Below are positions 9,941 through 19,082 of a stretch of DNA of 64,000 nucleotides, in pieces. The position numbers and the translations under genes were made by a program. Below the pieces are notes generated by a model, which saw nothing but the letters and a program-made list of their open reading frames with translations, did not search any database and was not told the origin of the DNA. Numbering within the stretch: the stretch's first letter is position 1; each line of letters starts with the position of its first letter. This DNA comes from an uncultured Burkholderiales bacterium (GTDB lineage Bacteria; Vulcanimicrobiota; Xenobia; Xenobiales; QWHO01): the NCBI GenBank assembly GCA_964471395.1, contig CAYYHB010000002.1, positions 15,313 through 79,312 of the forward strand, in the 5' to 3' direction.

Positions 9941-10470
9941 TGCGCTGGACGCGCACGTTCTTTATCTACGGCGTGTTGTGGCTGACCGTCATCGTGATGG
10001 TCAAGCTGAGCTATCTGGTGCTCGCCAGCTGGTTGTTCGTGGAGGCCCAGGAGAGCTTGCCTGACTTCCGCCAGCAGGTTGAAAGTCTGCAAAAGACCCA
10101 CGCCACTGACCGCGAGGCCCTGGCGAAGGCGCTTTTTGAAGCCATGCAACCGGTCATCGACCGGGAGGACTGGGTATCGATCCGACTGTTGTTGAGTCTG
10201 GTCGTTTTTGCCCCGGTGGGCTTTCTGGCTGGCCGCCTGAGCGGGGATCCTCGTTGGGCCGGTGGGCTTCCGGTGCTCGCGCTTATCCCTCCCGATCCCT
10301 CCAACCCGGCACTCTTACAGGACTTCCCGGGTGTGCAGGCGCCCGAGCTGCACCTCCTGATCGTGCTCCTGGCAGTGCAGATGATCTCGGTCTACCTGTT
10401 TGCCTGGGGCGGAGCGGTGATCTACTGGCGCAAGAAACGTGTCCATCGCGAGGAGGATACCTTTCGTTAA
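9940..10470 (+). CDS. hypothetical integral membrane protein (3-4 TM)
   Basis: Hydrophobic segments; TGATG overlap with preceding ORF suggests translational coupling. Confidence 0.55.
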   Translation: MRWTRTFFIYGVLWLTVIVMVKLSYLVLASWLFVEAQESLPDFRQQVESLQKTHATDREALAKALFEAMQPVIDREDWVSIRLLLSLVVFAPVGFLAGRLSGDPRWAGGLPVLALIPPDPSNPALLQDFPGVQAPELHLLIVLLAVQMISVYLFAWGGAVIYWRKKRVHREEDTFR

Positions 10471-10661
10471 CAAGCTGGATCACGCGGACGTGCTAGATTT
10501 CCGCTCGTGAGCAACGAACGCAACAAATTCCAGCGCATCCCCACGGGCCTGCTGCCCTCGCGCCGCTCGACCGGCCCGTTCAGCCTGCCCTCAGCCGGTC
10601 GCCTGACCCTCGGCCGCCTGACCGGCGCCCCTCGGCTCCCACGTAAACCGGTCTCTCGCTG

Positions 10662-10763
10662 CAGTCCCGCGCGTTGACCCGTCCAGAATTGGAACGCGCG
10701 GGACTGTAGACAATCTGTTGAACGGCGCCGCGCTAATTCCAGAAGTATTCAACGCGCGGCGCA
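10662..10763 (-). repeat. copy B of double-hairpin intergenic repeat family (reverse orientation)
   Basis: Reverse complement matches copy D over ~100 nt including both hairpin modules. Confidence 0.7.
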
Positions 10764-10788
10764 TTAAGTGGGCCAGCGCGCGGGGCCT

Positions 10789-11067
10789 TCAGGGTGGGGC
10801 CCAGCGCACATCGAATCCGCGTAGCTGCTGGGGAGACTCGTCGGTACACTCCATCTGACCCACCCAGGACCCCTCCGGACCCCGGCTCAGGGCTGTCAGC
10901 CAGTGATCCACCGCCTCCGAGGCTCCCTGCGCCCAGGCTTCCACCGTGCCCTCTGGTCGGTTCAGCACCCAGCCAGTCAGGCCCAACCGCTGGGCGTGGG
11001 CTCTCGTGAAGTAGCGAAACCCCACCCCCTGGACGTCCCCGTGCACAATCACTCGAACCGCCCGCAT
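10789..11067 (-). CDS. acyP: acylphosphatase
   Basis: VIVHGDVQGVGFRYFTRAHAQRLGLTGWVLNRPEGTVE acylphosphatase signatures; start at MRAVRV (ATG 11067). Confidence 0.75.
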   Translation of the reverse strand: MRAVRVIVHGDVQGVGFRYFTRAHAQRLGLTGWVLNRPEGTVEAWAQGASEAVDHWLTALSRGPEGSWVGQMECTDESPQQLRGFDVRWAPP

Positions 11068-11225
11068 GCCCGGCCAGGTTCGCATCCACCGCCCAACACG
11101 CCTTCGTGTCACGGTAGAAACATCCGGGTAACACCTTCGACCCGGTCACCGGATAGGATGGTAGCGACCTGAGGGGCTGGTCGCATTTCCATGGGCCAGC
11201 CGAGAACGAAAGGGGCTCTATCAAA

Positions 11226-12419
11226 GTGAACGTCCAGATGACCGCCCATCGGCCCATTCCCGCCACCGGCGCTCCGCCTGCCCAGACCCAGCAGCCGGCC
11301 CAGCCGCCCGCCGGCAAGAGCGATGTGGACGAGTTCCAGGCCAACAGCCCCAGCCGCCACGAGCGCACCTTCGAGACGATTTACAACGGCGTGGGCACTC
11401 TGGGAGCCCTGACCGACATCGCCGCCAAGACGGGCCAGGTTCTCAGCCTGGCCGGGCCGCTGGCCGGGTTCCAGGCCGGACCCCTGGCCGGCTCGGCCGC
11501 CCTGGTGGCGGGCACCTTCGACATCGCCCGGGGCGCCTCGGCCGCCAAGCAGGCTGCCGTCAATCGCGACGGCCTGGGGTCGCTGGCCGGCAGCCTGCAG
11601 GTGATGCAGGGCCTGGCCACCTATGCGGCCGCCCTGGCCCCCGCCTTCGGAGGCCCAGGCGTGGCCAGCGCTGTCGCAGCTGGCGTGGCCGTAGCCGCCT
11701 GGGCCGGACGCAAGGGCGTGGCCGCCTACGCCAAAGCTCAGGCCGCTCGGGCCGGTGAAGAGAAGGAAGCCACCCAGCCTTCTCAGTCCGCCACTCCCAC
11801 GAATCCGTCCGCTCCCTCCAACCCTTCCGTGCCTGGCGCCTCGCCCCAGCCTCTGGCCCTGGCTTCGACCCCGTCGGGCTCGACGGGCCTGTCCACCACT
11901 GGCATCGAAGAGGCTGACCGCAGCCGGAAGTTCGAACAGAGCTTCGCTTTCGTGAACTCGGTAGATCAGTTCTTCCGCGGCATCGGCGGAATCGCTTCCT
12001 TCTGGAACGTCGCCGGCGGTGTCTTCTCCGGCAGCGCCAGCGGCGGACTGTTCGGCATCCCGGGCCTGGGCTTCATCGGCTCGGGCTACACCGTGGCCAC
12101 GGGTGTGGCAATGACCAAGCATTCGGCCATCAACCGCAACATGGACGGCACCATCGACGGCGCCCTGCAGACCGTGGGCGGTCTGGCCGCGGTGGCCACC
12201 TGCCTGCTCGGTCCGGCCGGAATGGCCCGTATCCCGGCCATCGTGGCCGCCGGCGCCTTCGTGGCCCGCACCGCCTATCAAATCTACTCCACCTCCAAGC
12301 GTCTTGGCGACGGGGATGACAAGGAAAAGAAGAGCCTCCCCCTGATCGCGGCTCAGGCGCTCATGGACAAGGCCAACCCGTTCGTTGACTCGCGCGGGAT
12401 GGAGAAGGCCGCCCTCTAG
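11226..12419 (+). CDS. Gly/Ala-rich hypothetical protein (397 aa) with glycine-zipper-like segments
   Basis: Strong GC3 codon bias in + frame (antisense 480-aa ORF is artefact); AAAGGGG SD; Gly-rich GIGGIASFWNVAGGVFSGSASGGLFGIPGLGFIGSG. Confidence 0.6.
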   Translation: MNVQMTAHRPIPATGAPPAQTQQPAQPPAGKSDVDEFQANSPSRHERTFETIYNGVGTLGALTDIAAKTGQVLSLAGPLAGFQAGPLAGSAALVAGTFDIARGASAAKQAAVNRDGLGSLAGSLQVMQGLATYAAALAPAFGGPGVASAVAAGVAVAAWAGRKGVAAYAKAQAARAGEEKEATQPSQSATPTNPSAPSNPSVPGASPQPLALASTPSGSTGLSTTGIEEADRSRKFEQSFAFVNSVDQFFRGIGGIASFWNVAGGVFSGSASGGLFGIPGLGFIGSGYTVATGVAMTKHSAINRNMDGTIDGALQTVGGLAAVATCLLGPAGMARIPAIVAAGAFVARTAYQIYSTSKRLGDGDDKEKKSLPLIAAQALMDKANPFVDSRGMEKAAL

Positions 12420-12423
12420 AGCA

Positions 12424-13053
12424 GTGGGGGGGCTGTTCAAGCAGGCTGATCCGCGGAGCGTCCTGCCCCGGCTCTGCAAGCAGGCGCTGGAGACCGAGTC
12501 GGCCAGCACGCCGGCCATGGTCGAGGCGGCAGCCCGCGTTGGTCTGCCCATGTCGGAGGCTCAGAGGGCTGCCCTCGACTATGAGCAGGCCAATGTTCTC
12601 TGGCTGGCCCTGATCCTGGAGAAGAAGGTGGATACAAGGGTCCTGGCTCCTCTGGCCATGCCGGCGACCACCTCCGGAATCGACCTTATGAAGGATACGC
12701 CCCGCATCAACTGGCTGCGCAAGGGGGCTCGCTGGCTGTACGAGGCCAACGACGAGAAGGCCTTCGAGAAGCTGTGGGACATGGCCAATGTTCCCTTTGA
12801 GTTCCCGCCTGACGGCGCCTGGAAAGACTTCATCATGCAGTGGCTCATGCGCTTGTTCAATAATATCACCGACCTCGCTCCCGCCCCGCGTCGCCCGCTG
12901 CCGGTGGAGATTCGCATCGAAACGGTGGGAAACAAGTTGGCTGCCCGCCTGTTCCCCGATCTGCCTCACCTGCCCGAGCGCGACAAGAAGGAGCTGAGCC
13001 TGGCCATCGGAGGTCCCATTCAGGCCATGCTGAAAGGCAAGATCAAGGTTTAG
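12424..13053 (+). CDS. hypothetical protein, partner of Gly/Ala-rich protein (start uncertain: GTG 12424 / TTG 12385 / ATG 12517)
   Basis: ORF begins 4 nt after upstream stop; helical, no motif recognised. Confidence 0.4.
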   Translation: MGGLFKQADPRSVLPRLCKQALETESASTPAMVEAAARVGLPMSEAQRAALDYEQANVLWLALILEKKVDTRVLAPLAMPATTSGIDLMKDTPRINWLRKGARWLYEANDEKAFEKLWDMANVPFEFPPDGAWKDFIMQWLMRLFNNITDLAPAPRRPLPVEIRIETVGNKLAARLFPDLPHLPERDKKELSLAIGGPIQAMLKGKIKV

Positions 13054-13738
13054 GCGCCAGGATTCGCCCACAGTTGGGGCAGCGGTCCAGCTCTTCCTTA
13101 GCGAGGGCGCGCAGTTTGTGGTCGGGCAGGCCCATTTTGCAGCCTCCGCAGGTTCCTGACTCCACCATCGCCACGGCGGTTCCCTTGGCAGCGCGCAGCT
13201 TGCTGTAGAGAGCCACAGTGTGGTCGGGCAGGCCGGTGACCAGCTCGCTGCGGGTACGGCGCAGGCCCAGGAGGCTCTCGCGGATCCTCTCCAGGCGCTG
13301 GCTTACCTCGTTCTCGCGACTCTTGAGGTCTTGCTGAGCGTGCTCTACGCGGGCGAGCTGCTGGGCGCATTCGGCTTCGAGCAGGCTGACCTGGTCGAGT
13401 AGCTCCAGCAACTCGGTCTCCAGTCGGTCTTTGTCGCTCTTGACGCAGGCCATTTCGGTCTCGAGCGCGGCCAGTTGAGTGGGGCTGGTCACCATGCCCC
13501 CATAGAGCTTCTGGTCCAGTGCCAGGGTCTTTTTCTCCAGGGCTCGCACATCTTGCTCGCCCTGCCGCAGCCGGTCTTGGAGCTGCTTCAACCGCTTGAC
13601 GCGAGCGGCGACCTCGTTCTGCTCAACCTGCACCTGAGCCAGCGCGGCGGCCACGTCCAGCCCCCGCAGCTCTTTCTCGTATCGGTCGGCCTCCTGGTCG
13701 AGCTGCTCGAGCTCGAGCAACCGGGCCGCCAAAGTCAT
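13043..13738 (-). CDS. zinc-ribbon domain protein, COG1579 family (coiled-coil + C-terminal C4 zinc ribbon)
   Basis: Long coiled-coil then CGGCKMGLP...CPNCGRIL zinc ribbon. Confidence 0.7.
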   Translation of the reverse strand: MTLAARLLELEQLDQEADRYEKELRGLDVAAALAQVQVEQNEVAARVKRLKQLQDRLRQGEQDVRALEKKTLALDQKLYGGMVTSPTQLAALETEMACVKSDKDRLETELLELLDQVSLLEAECAQQLARVEHAQQDLKSRENEVSQRLERIRESLLGLRRTRSELVTGLPDHTVALYSKLRAAKGTAVAMVESGTCGGCKMGLPDHKLRALAKEELDRCPNCGRILAPKP

Positions 13739-14292
13739 TCGCTCACCATCTCGGGCCGGATGATCCCGATGTAGGGCAACTGGCGATAATGGTTGTTGTA
13801 GTCGAGCCCGTAGCCGATCACGAAGTGGTCTTCGATGGTAAAGCCAAGATAGTCGATCTTCACCTCGACCTTACGCCGGGCGGGCTTTTCGAGCAGCGCA
13901 CAGACCTTCAAGCTAGCGGGCTTGCGAAGGGTGAGGGCGTTGAGCAGGTAGTTCAGGGTCAGGCCCGTGTCTACGATGTCCTCCACCACGAGGACGTGGC
14001 GGTCTTCGATGCGCTCTTCGAGGTCCTTGACGATTTTGACCACGCCCGAGCTCTTAGTGGAGGCGCCATAAGAGGAGATGCCCATGAAGTCGACCACCAC
14101 GGGCACGTCCAGAGTCCGCATCAGGTCGGCCGTGAACAGCATGGAGCCTTTGAGGATGCAGATCAAGATCACCTCTTGCCCGGCGTGGTCGGCCGAGACC
14201 TGCTTGCCCAGCTCGCGAATGCGGTTCTGCAGGGTCTCGCTGTCGATCAGCACCCGCTGCACGGCCTCGTGCACGGTTCCCGAGGGCGTCAT
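13735..14292 (-). CDS. hpt: hypoxanthine-guanine phosphoribosyltransferase
   Basis: HVLVVEDIVDTGLTL PRPP-binding motif; start at MTPSGTVHE (ATG 14292) overlapping upstream stop (ATGA). Confidence 0.85.
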   Translation of the reverse strand: MTPSGTVHEAVQRVLIDSETLQNRIRELGKQVSADHAGQEVILICILKGSMLFTADLMRTLDVPVVVDFMGISSYGASTKSSGVVKIVKDLEERIEDRHVLVVEDIVDTGLTLNYLLNALTLRKPASLKVCALLEKPARRKVEVKIDYLGFTIEDHFVIGYGLDYNNHYRQLPYIGIIRPEMVSE

Positions 14293-14570
14293 CGGAGGTA
14301 GAGCGGCATCCAGGCCAGCAAAGAGGCCTGGCTCAGCACAATGAAGGAGGCTGCCAGGGCCGAGCGGCGCCAGGAGGAATCGAGGTTCTTCTGAAAACCG
14401 GCCGACAGGAGCAAGAAGGAGACCAGCTGCAGCAATAATACCGTGCCGTCTCGTCGGCTGAAGCCGATGGCTGCCAACTGCTCGGGCCACAAGAAGACAG
14501 CCGCGAAGCCCGTGACCAGGGCAAAGAAGGCGGCCAGATTACACCACAGGGTGAACACTTTCCAGCTCAT
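14289..14570 (-). CDS. small hypothetical membrane protein (93 aa, 2-3 TM)
   Basis: C-terminal portion of track ORF 14289..15014; hydrophobic; ATGA-coupled to hpt. Confidence 0.45.
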   Translation of the reverse strand: MSWKVFTLWCNLAAFFALVTGFAAVFLWPEQLAAIGFSRRDGTVLLLQLVSFLLLSAGFQKNLDSSWRRSALAASFIVLSQASLLAWMPLYLR

Positions 14571-14763
14571 GATGCCGGGGTGCTTCCTGGAAGAGGCCGG
14601 GTTTACCTGCTGTTTGGTAGAATTTAATTCAATTCCCTTCGCGGCCCCGAACCATTCGGTTGCCGAGTCCTGGCTGCAACACCACGGTGGTGACATTGCT
14701 GCTGGCCTGGATGATCGCCTGACCTTCAGAGGTTCGCGGCAGGCAGACCCAGAATTTCCAAGC

Positions 14764-16416
14764 ATGGCAAGACGAAGGGGCGTCGGCCTGGGTACCACCC
14801 TGATCGTGACCGCGATCGTGGCCCTGCTGGGTTTTGCCCTGGCCGGCGCCAGTGTGACCCACATCAACCTGATGACCCACACCGGCAACGCCTCGGTGGC
14901 CCTCGATCTGGCCCGCAGCTCGGTGCACGTGGCACTCGGGCACCTCTTTACCGATAAGGACTTCCTCCAGACGGTCACCGTCAATGGCCCGGGCGGAGCG
15001 GTCGGACAACTCACCTTCGACCCTGCTCAGGCGACCAACCTCGGGATTCCCCTCTCGGAGAACAATCTGACCGGAGGCAGCTCCAAGCTGGCCGCCGACA
15101 ACCAGATGGTGCCCGAGGAAGGGGCGTACCTGGTGGGAGTTGCCACCGTGCGCGGGGTAACCCGCCGGGTGAGGGCTATCGTGCACCTGCCTCCTTTTCC
15201 CTTTGCGGCGGCCTCGGACGGGCCTATCGTGTCTCCTGGGAGCCTGGTGGTGGGCTCGCTGCGGCCGGGGCAAGATCCCAACTCTCCCCCCATCCGCCTG
15301 CTGCCGGCCGACCTTCTGACCAATGACACCGGGCTGGCAGCCCTGACGTTGGGCCCGGCCACCACCGTGCGAGGCGACCTGCGCTCGGGGGGCGGGGTGA
15401 GCCTCGATCCGGGTGTGCAGGTCGGCGGTCGGGTGCTGACCAGCCAGGCCCCCCGGCTGGTGCCGCAAATGAGCGTGTCTGCTCTTGATCCCGACCAGCC
15501 AGCTCCCAACGGTCACCCGTTTCTGGCCCTCGAGCCTACCTACCCTGCTACGACCTTTACCGGAACCCTGCGGGGAACCGGCACGGTCACCGTCAACGGT
15601 CGGCTCAAGCTGGACCGGGCCCTGGTATACATCGATGGCGACCTGGAGATCAACGGGGGAGTGGATGGTACGGGTGTGCTGGTGACGACCGGCAACCTGA
15701 CGGTGAACGGCCAGGCCAGCGTCGTGGCTGACAGTCGGGTCGCCATGCTGAGCCAGGGAAAAATCACGCTGGCGGGCAACGGTCCGGCGGGCTCGAGCAT
15801 CAAGGGATTGGTTTATGCTGAGGGCGGAGTAGACGCAAAGCAGCTCAAGCTGCAGGGGGCCCTGGTGGCGCGCAACCAGCCTCCGGTTCAGTTGGACAGG
15901 GCTCGGGTGCTCAATGACGGAGGGTTGCTCCAGCCGCCCTTTAACACCCTTCCTCACAGCGAGCCCGAGCCGCAGGTTCGCTGGGTCGTGGGCTCAGGAA
16001 GTGAGCTCATGGGCGGCGAGCCCACCGCAGGATATCCGCCGACGACTCCCCCTGGAGCGTCCGATCCAACTCAGGTTTCCAAGAGCAAGATCGAGGTCAA
16101 GATCGGCCGAGACGGGAAAATCTCAGGCACGGTCACGACCTACGTCTGGACCTTCAATACGACAACGCAAACCTGGGACTTTACCCAGGAGGAGCCGGTG
16201 CAGTTCGATCCCGGTCGTCTGGTTGAGCTGGTGCCATTCGGCTACATCGCTCCGGGTGATCCTCGCCATGATCCTTCCAAAGACAACATTTTCAACCCCG
16301 AGTCCAGCGCGCCCCCGCCATCTGCATCCACCTATCCCCTGGTGCTCGACCCGGCGGAGCTTTTGCCCACCAAAGACCGGGCCCGCATTTTGCTATGGCG
16401 CGAGGGCGCTCAGTAG
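14764..16416 (+). CDS. TadE/TadG-like N-terminal domain membrane protein (putative pilus-associated surface protein)
   Basis: Start at MARRRGVGLGTTLIVTAIVALLGFALAGASV (Tad-like N-terminal TM, PF13400-like); large Gly/Thr/Val-rich extracellular region. Confidence 0.5.
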   Translation: MARRRGVGLGTTLIVTAIVALLGFALAGASVTHINLMTHTGNASVALDLARSSVHVALGHLFTDKDFLQTVTVNGPGGAVGQLTFDPAQATNLGIPLSENNLTGGSSKLAADNQMVPEEGAYLVGVATVRGVTRRVRAIVHLPPFPFAAASDGPIVSPGSLVVGSLRPGQDPNSPPIRLLPADLLTNDTGLAALTLGPATTVRGDLRSGGGVSLDPGVQVGGRVLTSQAPRLVPQMSVSALDPDQPAPNGHPFLALEPTYPATTFTGTLRGTGTVTVNGRLKLDRALVYIDGDLEINGGVDGTGVLVTTGNLTVNGQASVVADSRVAMLSQGKITLAGNGPAGSSIKGLVYAEGGVDAKQLKLQGALVARNQPPVQLDRARVLNDGGLLQPPFNTLPHSEPEPQVRWVVGSGSELMGGEPTAGYPPTTPPGASDPTQVSKSKIEVKIGRDGKISGTVTTYVWTFNTTTQTWDFTQEEPVQFDPGRLVELVPFGYIAPGDPRHDPSKDNIFNPESSAPPPSASTYPLVLDPAELLPTKDRARILLWREGAQ

Positions 16417-17129
16417 CGCACGTTACGCAGCATCAGGCGGCGGGTCAGCTCGAAGCTCTCTTCGCCGACCTTGAGGACCAGCTGAATGCGGGGCGGGTCC
16501 ACGCTCAGATCCACTGTGAAGGCCTCCACGTGGCCGGCCAGCACAGTTCCCCCCATGGCCAGGGTAGCAAGCTCGGTGGCGATAGGAGCCGCGGGCGGCG
16601 GGGGGTTGGGCTGCTCGAAGAAGGGCTCATCGGGCTGGGGCACTCGTCCCACCGAGGGCGGCTCGGGGGGCCACTGGCGGCGATAGAGCTTGCGCTCCAC
16701 CGGGTGGTAGCGGTAGAGAGCCAGGGTGGTGCTCCACTCCTGGCCACCAGTGCTGGTGACCGTGGTCAGCGGCTGGACGGATAGCAGGGTGGGGTCGCTG
16801 GCGGGGTTGGCAGGCGACACCAGGTTGATGCCCGTTCGGGGGGCGCCGGAGAGGTCGGCGGCCAGGCGGTCCATGGCCACTTGAGCCAGCTGTTGCAGCT
16901 CGATCTGGGTGGCTCCCCGGCGCGTCCCCCTGCCCATGGGCACCAGCACCTGGGCCAGAAGGGTGAGCAGGATGATCAAGAGGGCCATGGCCATCAACGT
17001 CTCGAGCAGACCAAAGGCTCGTCTAAGGCGCGCGCGGCGCTCTTCAGCACTGAGCGCGGGGCCGCTCAACAGATTGTCTAAAGGCCTGTGCGTTCTGACT
17101 CTGCACAGCGGGACTTTAGATGCGTACAT
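16410..17129 (-). CDS. pseudopilin (prepilin-type N-terminal cleavage/methylation domain, GspJ-like); true start uncertain
   Basis: RRA|FGLLETLMAMALLIILL class-III signal-like motif (E at +5); N-terminal 35 codons of longest ORF are encoded by repeat copy C. Confidence 0.55.
   Translation of the reverse strand: MYASKVPLCRVRTHRPLDNLLSGPALSAEERRARLRRAFGLLETLMAMALLIILLTLLAQVLVPMGRGTRRGATQIELQQLAQVAMDRLAADLSGAPRTGINLVSPANPASDPTLLSVQPLTTVTSTGGQEWSTTLALYRYHPVERKLYRRQWPPEPPSVGRVPQPDEPFFEQPNPPPPAAPIATELATLAMGGTVLAGHVEAFTVDLSVDPPRIQLVLKVGEESFELTRRLMLRNVRY
17025..17118 (+). repeat. copy C of double-hairpin intergenic repeat family (diverged, with compensatory stem changes)
   Basis: ...GCGCGGGGCCGCTCAACAGATTGTCTAAAGGCCTGTGCGTTCTGACTCTGCACAGCGGGACTTTAGA; stems TCTAAAG/CTTTAGA and CTGTGC/GCACAG maintained. 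Confidence 0.65.
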
Positions 17130-17511
17130 CGCAACGCACTGCCTCGCGCAAGATTTCCCGGGGCACCTGGTGATCCGTCCAGGTCACCCGGACCCTCACA
17201 CCCACCAGCAGGCCCGGATCCACCCCGACTCGGTTCACGGTGAAGAACTGAACTGAGGGCTGGAACATGGCTCCCCGTCCGGGCGCGGCTGGCAGGGCCT
17301 GGGCCGGCCCGGGCACCAGCTGGCTGAAGGGGCGCGTCAGCTGCTCCTCCAGGATCGAGTCAGCCAGGGCGTTGGCCTGGAGCCGCTGGCCCGAGACCCG
17401 CACGGCCGCCACCGAGGTGGGGTAGAGGTTGAAGATCAGCAGCACCACCAGGGTGAGGATGGCAAAGCACAGGATGGCTTCGGCCAGCGAGGCTCCGCGC
17501 CGCCGCCTCAC
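17116..17511 (-). CDS. pseudopilin (prepilin-type N-terminal cleavage/methylation domain)
   Basis: GTG start 17511 gives MRRRRG|ASLAEAILCFAILTLVVLLIF (G-1, E+5); GTGA overlap with upstream gene stop; only C-terminal third of track ORF 17116..18405 is real. Confidence 0.6.
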   Translation of the reverse strand: MRRRRGASLAEAILCFAILTLVVLLIFNLYPTSVAAVRVSGQRLQANALADSILEEQLTRPFSQLVPGPAQALPAAPGRGAMFQPSVQFFTVNRVGVDPGLLVGVRVRVTWTDHQVPREILREAVRCDVRI

Positions 17512-19082
17512 AGGGTCTGCACCAGCTTGACCATGGGCAGCAAGGTGGCCAGGGCCACGACCCCGGCCATCAGGCCCATGGCCAGCATCATCAGGGGCTC
17601 GAGGGCGGCGGCGGCCATCTCCATGGTGGCCTCCAGCTCGAGCTGGTAGAGCTTTGCCAGCCACTCCAGGGTGCCGGCCACGTGCCCCGACTCCTCGCCG
17701 GCGGTCACGGTGGAGAGAAAGGCGGTAGGGAAAAAGTCGGCCGCAGCCAGGCTCTGGTCGAGTCCGGCTCCCTCGCGCAGGGCGGCCACGCTGGCCTGGA
17801 GGCGCCCCTGAAGCACGGGAGAGCCGGCGGCGGCGCCCGCCTGGGGGACGGCCTCCAGGACGGACAGGCCGACCCGCAACTGCAAAGCCAGAGCCTGGGA
17901 AAACTGGGCCACCGCCACCAGGCGCCACAGGCGGCCGACCCGGGGAATCTCGAGCAAAATGCGGTCGAGCTGGTAGCGGCCTGTCTCGGTTTGCAGAAAA
18001 CGCCAGCCGAGGACCGAGAAGAAAGCCGCTCCGGCGCCCAGGGCGAGCAAGACGCGGCCGTCCGAGAGCGTGAACAGGGCTCTGGTGAGCCAGGGCAGCT
18101 CGCCCCCGATCTGGTCGAGCATCTTCAGCTGACCTTTGAGGAGGAAAGGCGGGGCGGCCAGGATCATGGCCATGCACAGCACGAACAGCACGGCCGGGTA
18201 AGTGAGGGCCGAGCGCAGCCGCAGCGTCAGCGCCCGGGCCCGCTCTTCGTGGTCGGCCAACCGGGCCAGCACCTCGACCAGGCTGCCGGTGGCCTCGCCC
18301 ACCTTGATCAGCTTCAGCTGAAAGTTGGTGAACGAAGGGGAGGCCTTCTGCATGGCCACCGACAGGGGTTTGCCCTGCTCCACCTCGGTCAGCATGCGCC
18401 GGCACACGGCGACCGCCGAAGGCTCGTCTCCCAGCACTGTCAGGGCTCGGGTCAGGGGCACGCCGGCCGCCAGCAGTACCGGTAGCGAGCGCATGAGCAC
18501 CACCAGCGAACGGTTGGAAAGGCGCAGGGCCCTGTCCGGAGCGGGCTTGCTGGCTGGCTCGGGCTGGTAGGACTTACGGGCCGAGGGCAGCGGCGGAGCA
18601 ATCGGGAGCGGAGGGAGGGGAACCAGCTCGGGCGTGGGAGGTCGCTCCAGCTGCCACAGCTTCTGCTCCAGGTCGCGGGCATGGCTGCAGACCTTCATCA
18701 GGTCGAGCGAGGAGAAGGCAACCGCCCTGGAGCAATGGTCGGCGTAGAGCACACCCCGCACGCGTCGCTCAGGGTCCTGCAAAGGCACGCACAGCACCGA
18801 GCGGATGCCGGTCAGGAGTACGCTGGAGTTGTCGGCGAACTCGGGATCCTCGCGCAGGTCACCCGAAAGTAGCGGCAGCCCCGAGTCGATCACCTGGTGC
18901 ACCAGGCCCAGGCTGACCGAGGCGCTCCACAGACCGCGCAGCCCCCGAGAGGCCTGCACCTGGAGCTCTCCTGTGCCGGTGCGGTCATAGAGGATCAGCA
19001 CCCGCTCGGCCTGCAGGCCGTCCAGCACCCGGAACGACTCCTGGAAGAGCCTGGCGATGCTGGAGTCGGTGAGGGTGCCCAT
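17508..19082 (-). CDS. GAF domain - type II secretion/type IV pilus platform protein (GspF/PilC) fusion
   Basis: N-terminal ~150 aa GAF-like fold; two T2SS-F domains (…LPVLLAAGVPLTRAL…IKVGEATGSL… and …LQLRVGLSVLEAV…TAGEESGHVAG…) with three TM regions. Confidence 0.65.
   Translation of the reverse strand: MGTLTDSSIARLFQESFRVLDGLQAERVLILYDRTGTGELQVQASRGLRGLWSASVSLGLVHQVIDSGLPLLSGDLREDPEFADNSSVLLTGIRSVLCVPLQDPERRVRGVLYADHCSRAVAFSSLDLMKVCSHARDLEQKLWQLERPPTPELVPLPPLPIAPPLPSARKSYQPEPASKPAPDRALRLSNRSLVVLMRSLPVLLAAGVPLTRALTVLGDEPSAVAVCRRMLTEVEQGKPLSVAMQKASPSFTNFQLKLIKVGEATGSLVEVLARLADHEERARALTLRLRSALTYPAVLFVLCMAMILAAPPFLLKGQLKMLDQIGGELPWLTRALFTLSDGRVLLALGAGAAFFSVLGWRFLQTETGRYQLDRILLEIPRVGRLWRLVAVAQFSQALALQLRVGLSVLEAVPQAGAAAGSPVLQGRLQASVAALREGAGLDQSLAAADFFPTAFLSTVTAGEESGHVAGTLEWLAKLYQLELEATMEMAAAALEPLMMLAMGLMAGVVALATLLPMVKLVQTL

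Noticed and set aside
10733-11368. 211-aa minus ORF overlapping repeat B and acylphosphatase
   Set aside because: Low-complexity; the acylphosphatase frame (10789-11067) carries the diagnostic motifs
11109-12551. 480-aa ORF antisense to the Gly/Ala-rich gene
   Set aside because: Gly/Arg-rich low-complexity translation typical of wrong-frame reading of high-GC coding DNA; the + strand frame shows proper GC3 codon bias and an SD
14629-15957. 442-aa minus-strand ORF inside the TadG-like gene
   Set aside because: Arg/Gly/His-rich antisense artefact; + strand encodes a coherent membrane-anchored protein
17116-18405. 429-aa ORF overlapping the GAF-GspF gene
   Set aside because: Only the C-terminal 131 codons (from GTG 17511) encode a bona fide pseudopilin; upstream part is an out-of-frame overlap with 17508-19082
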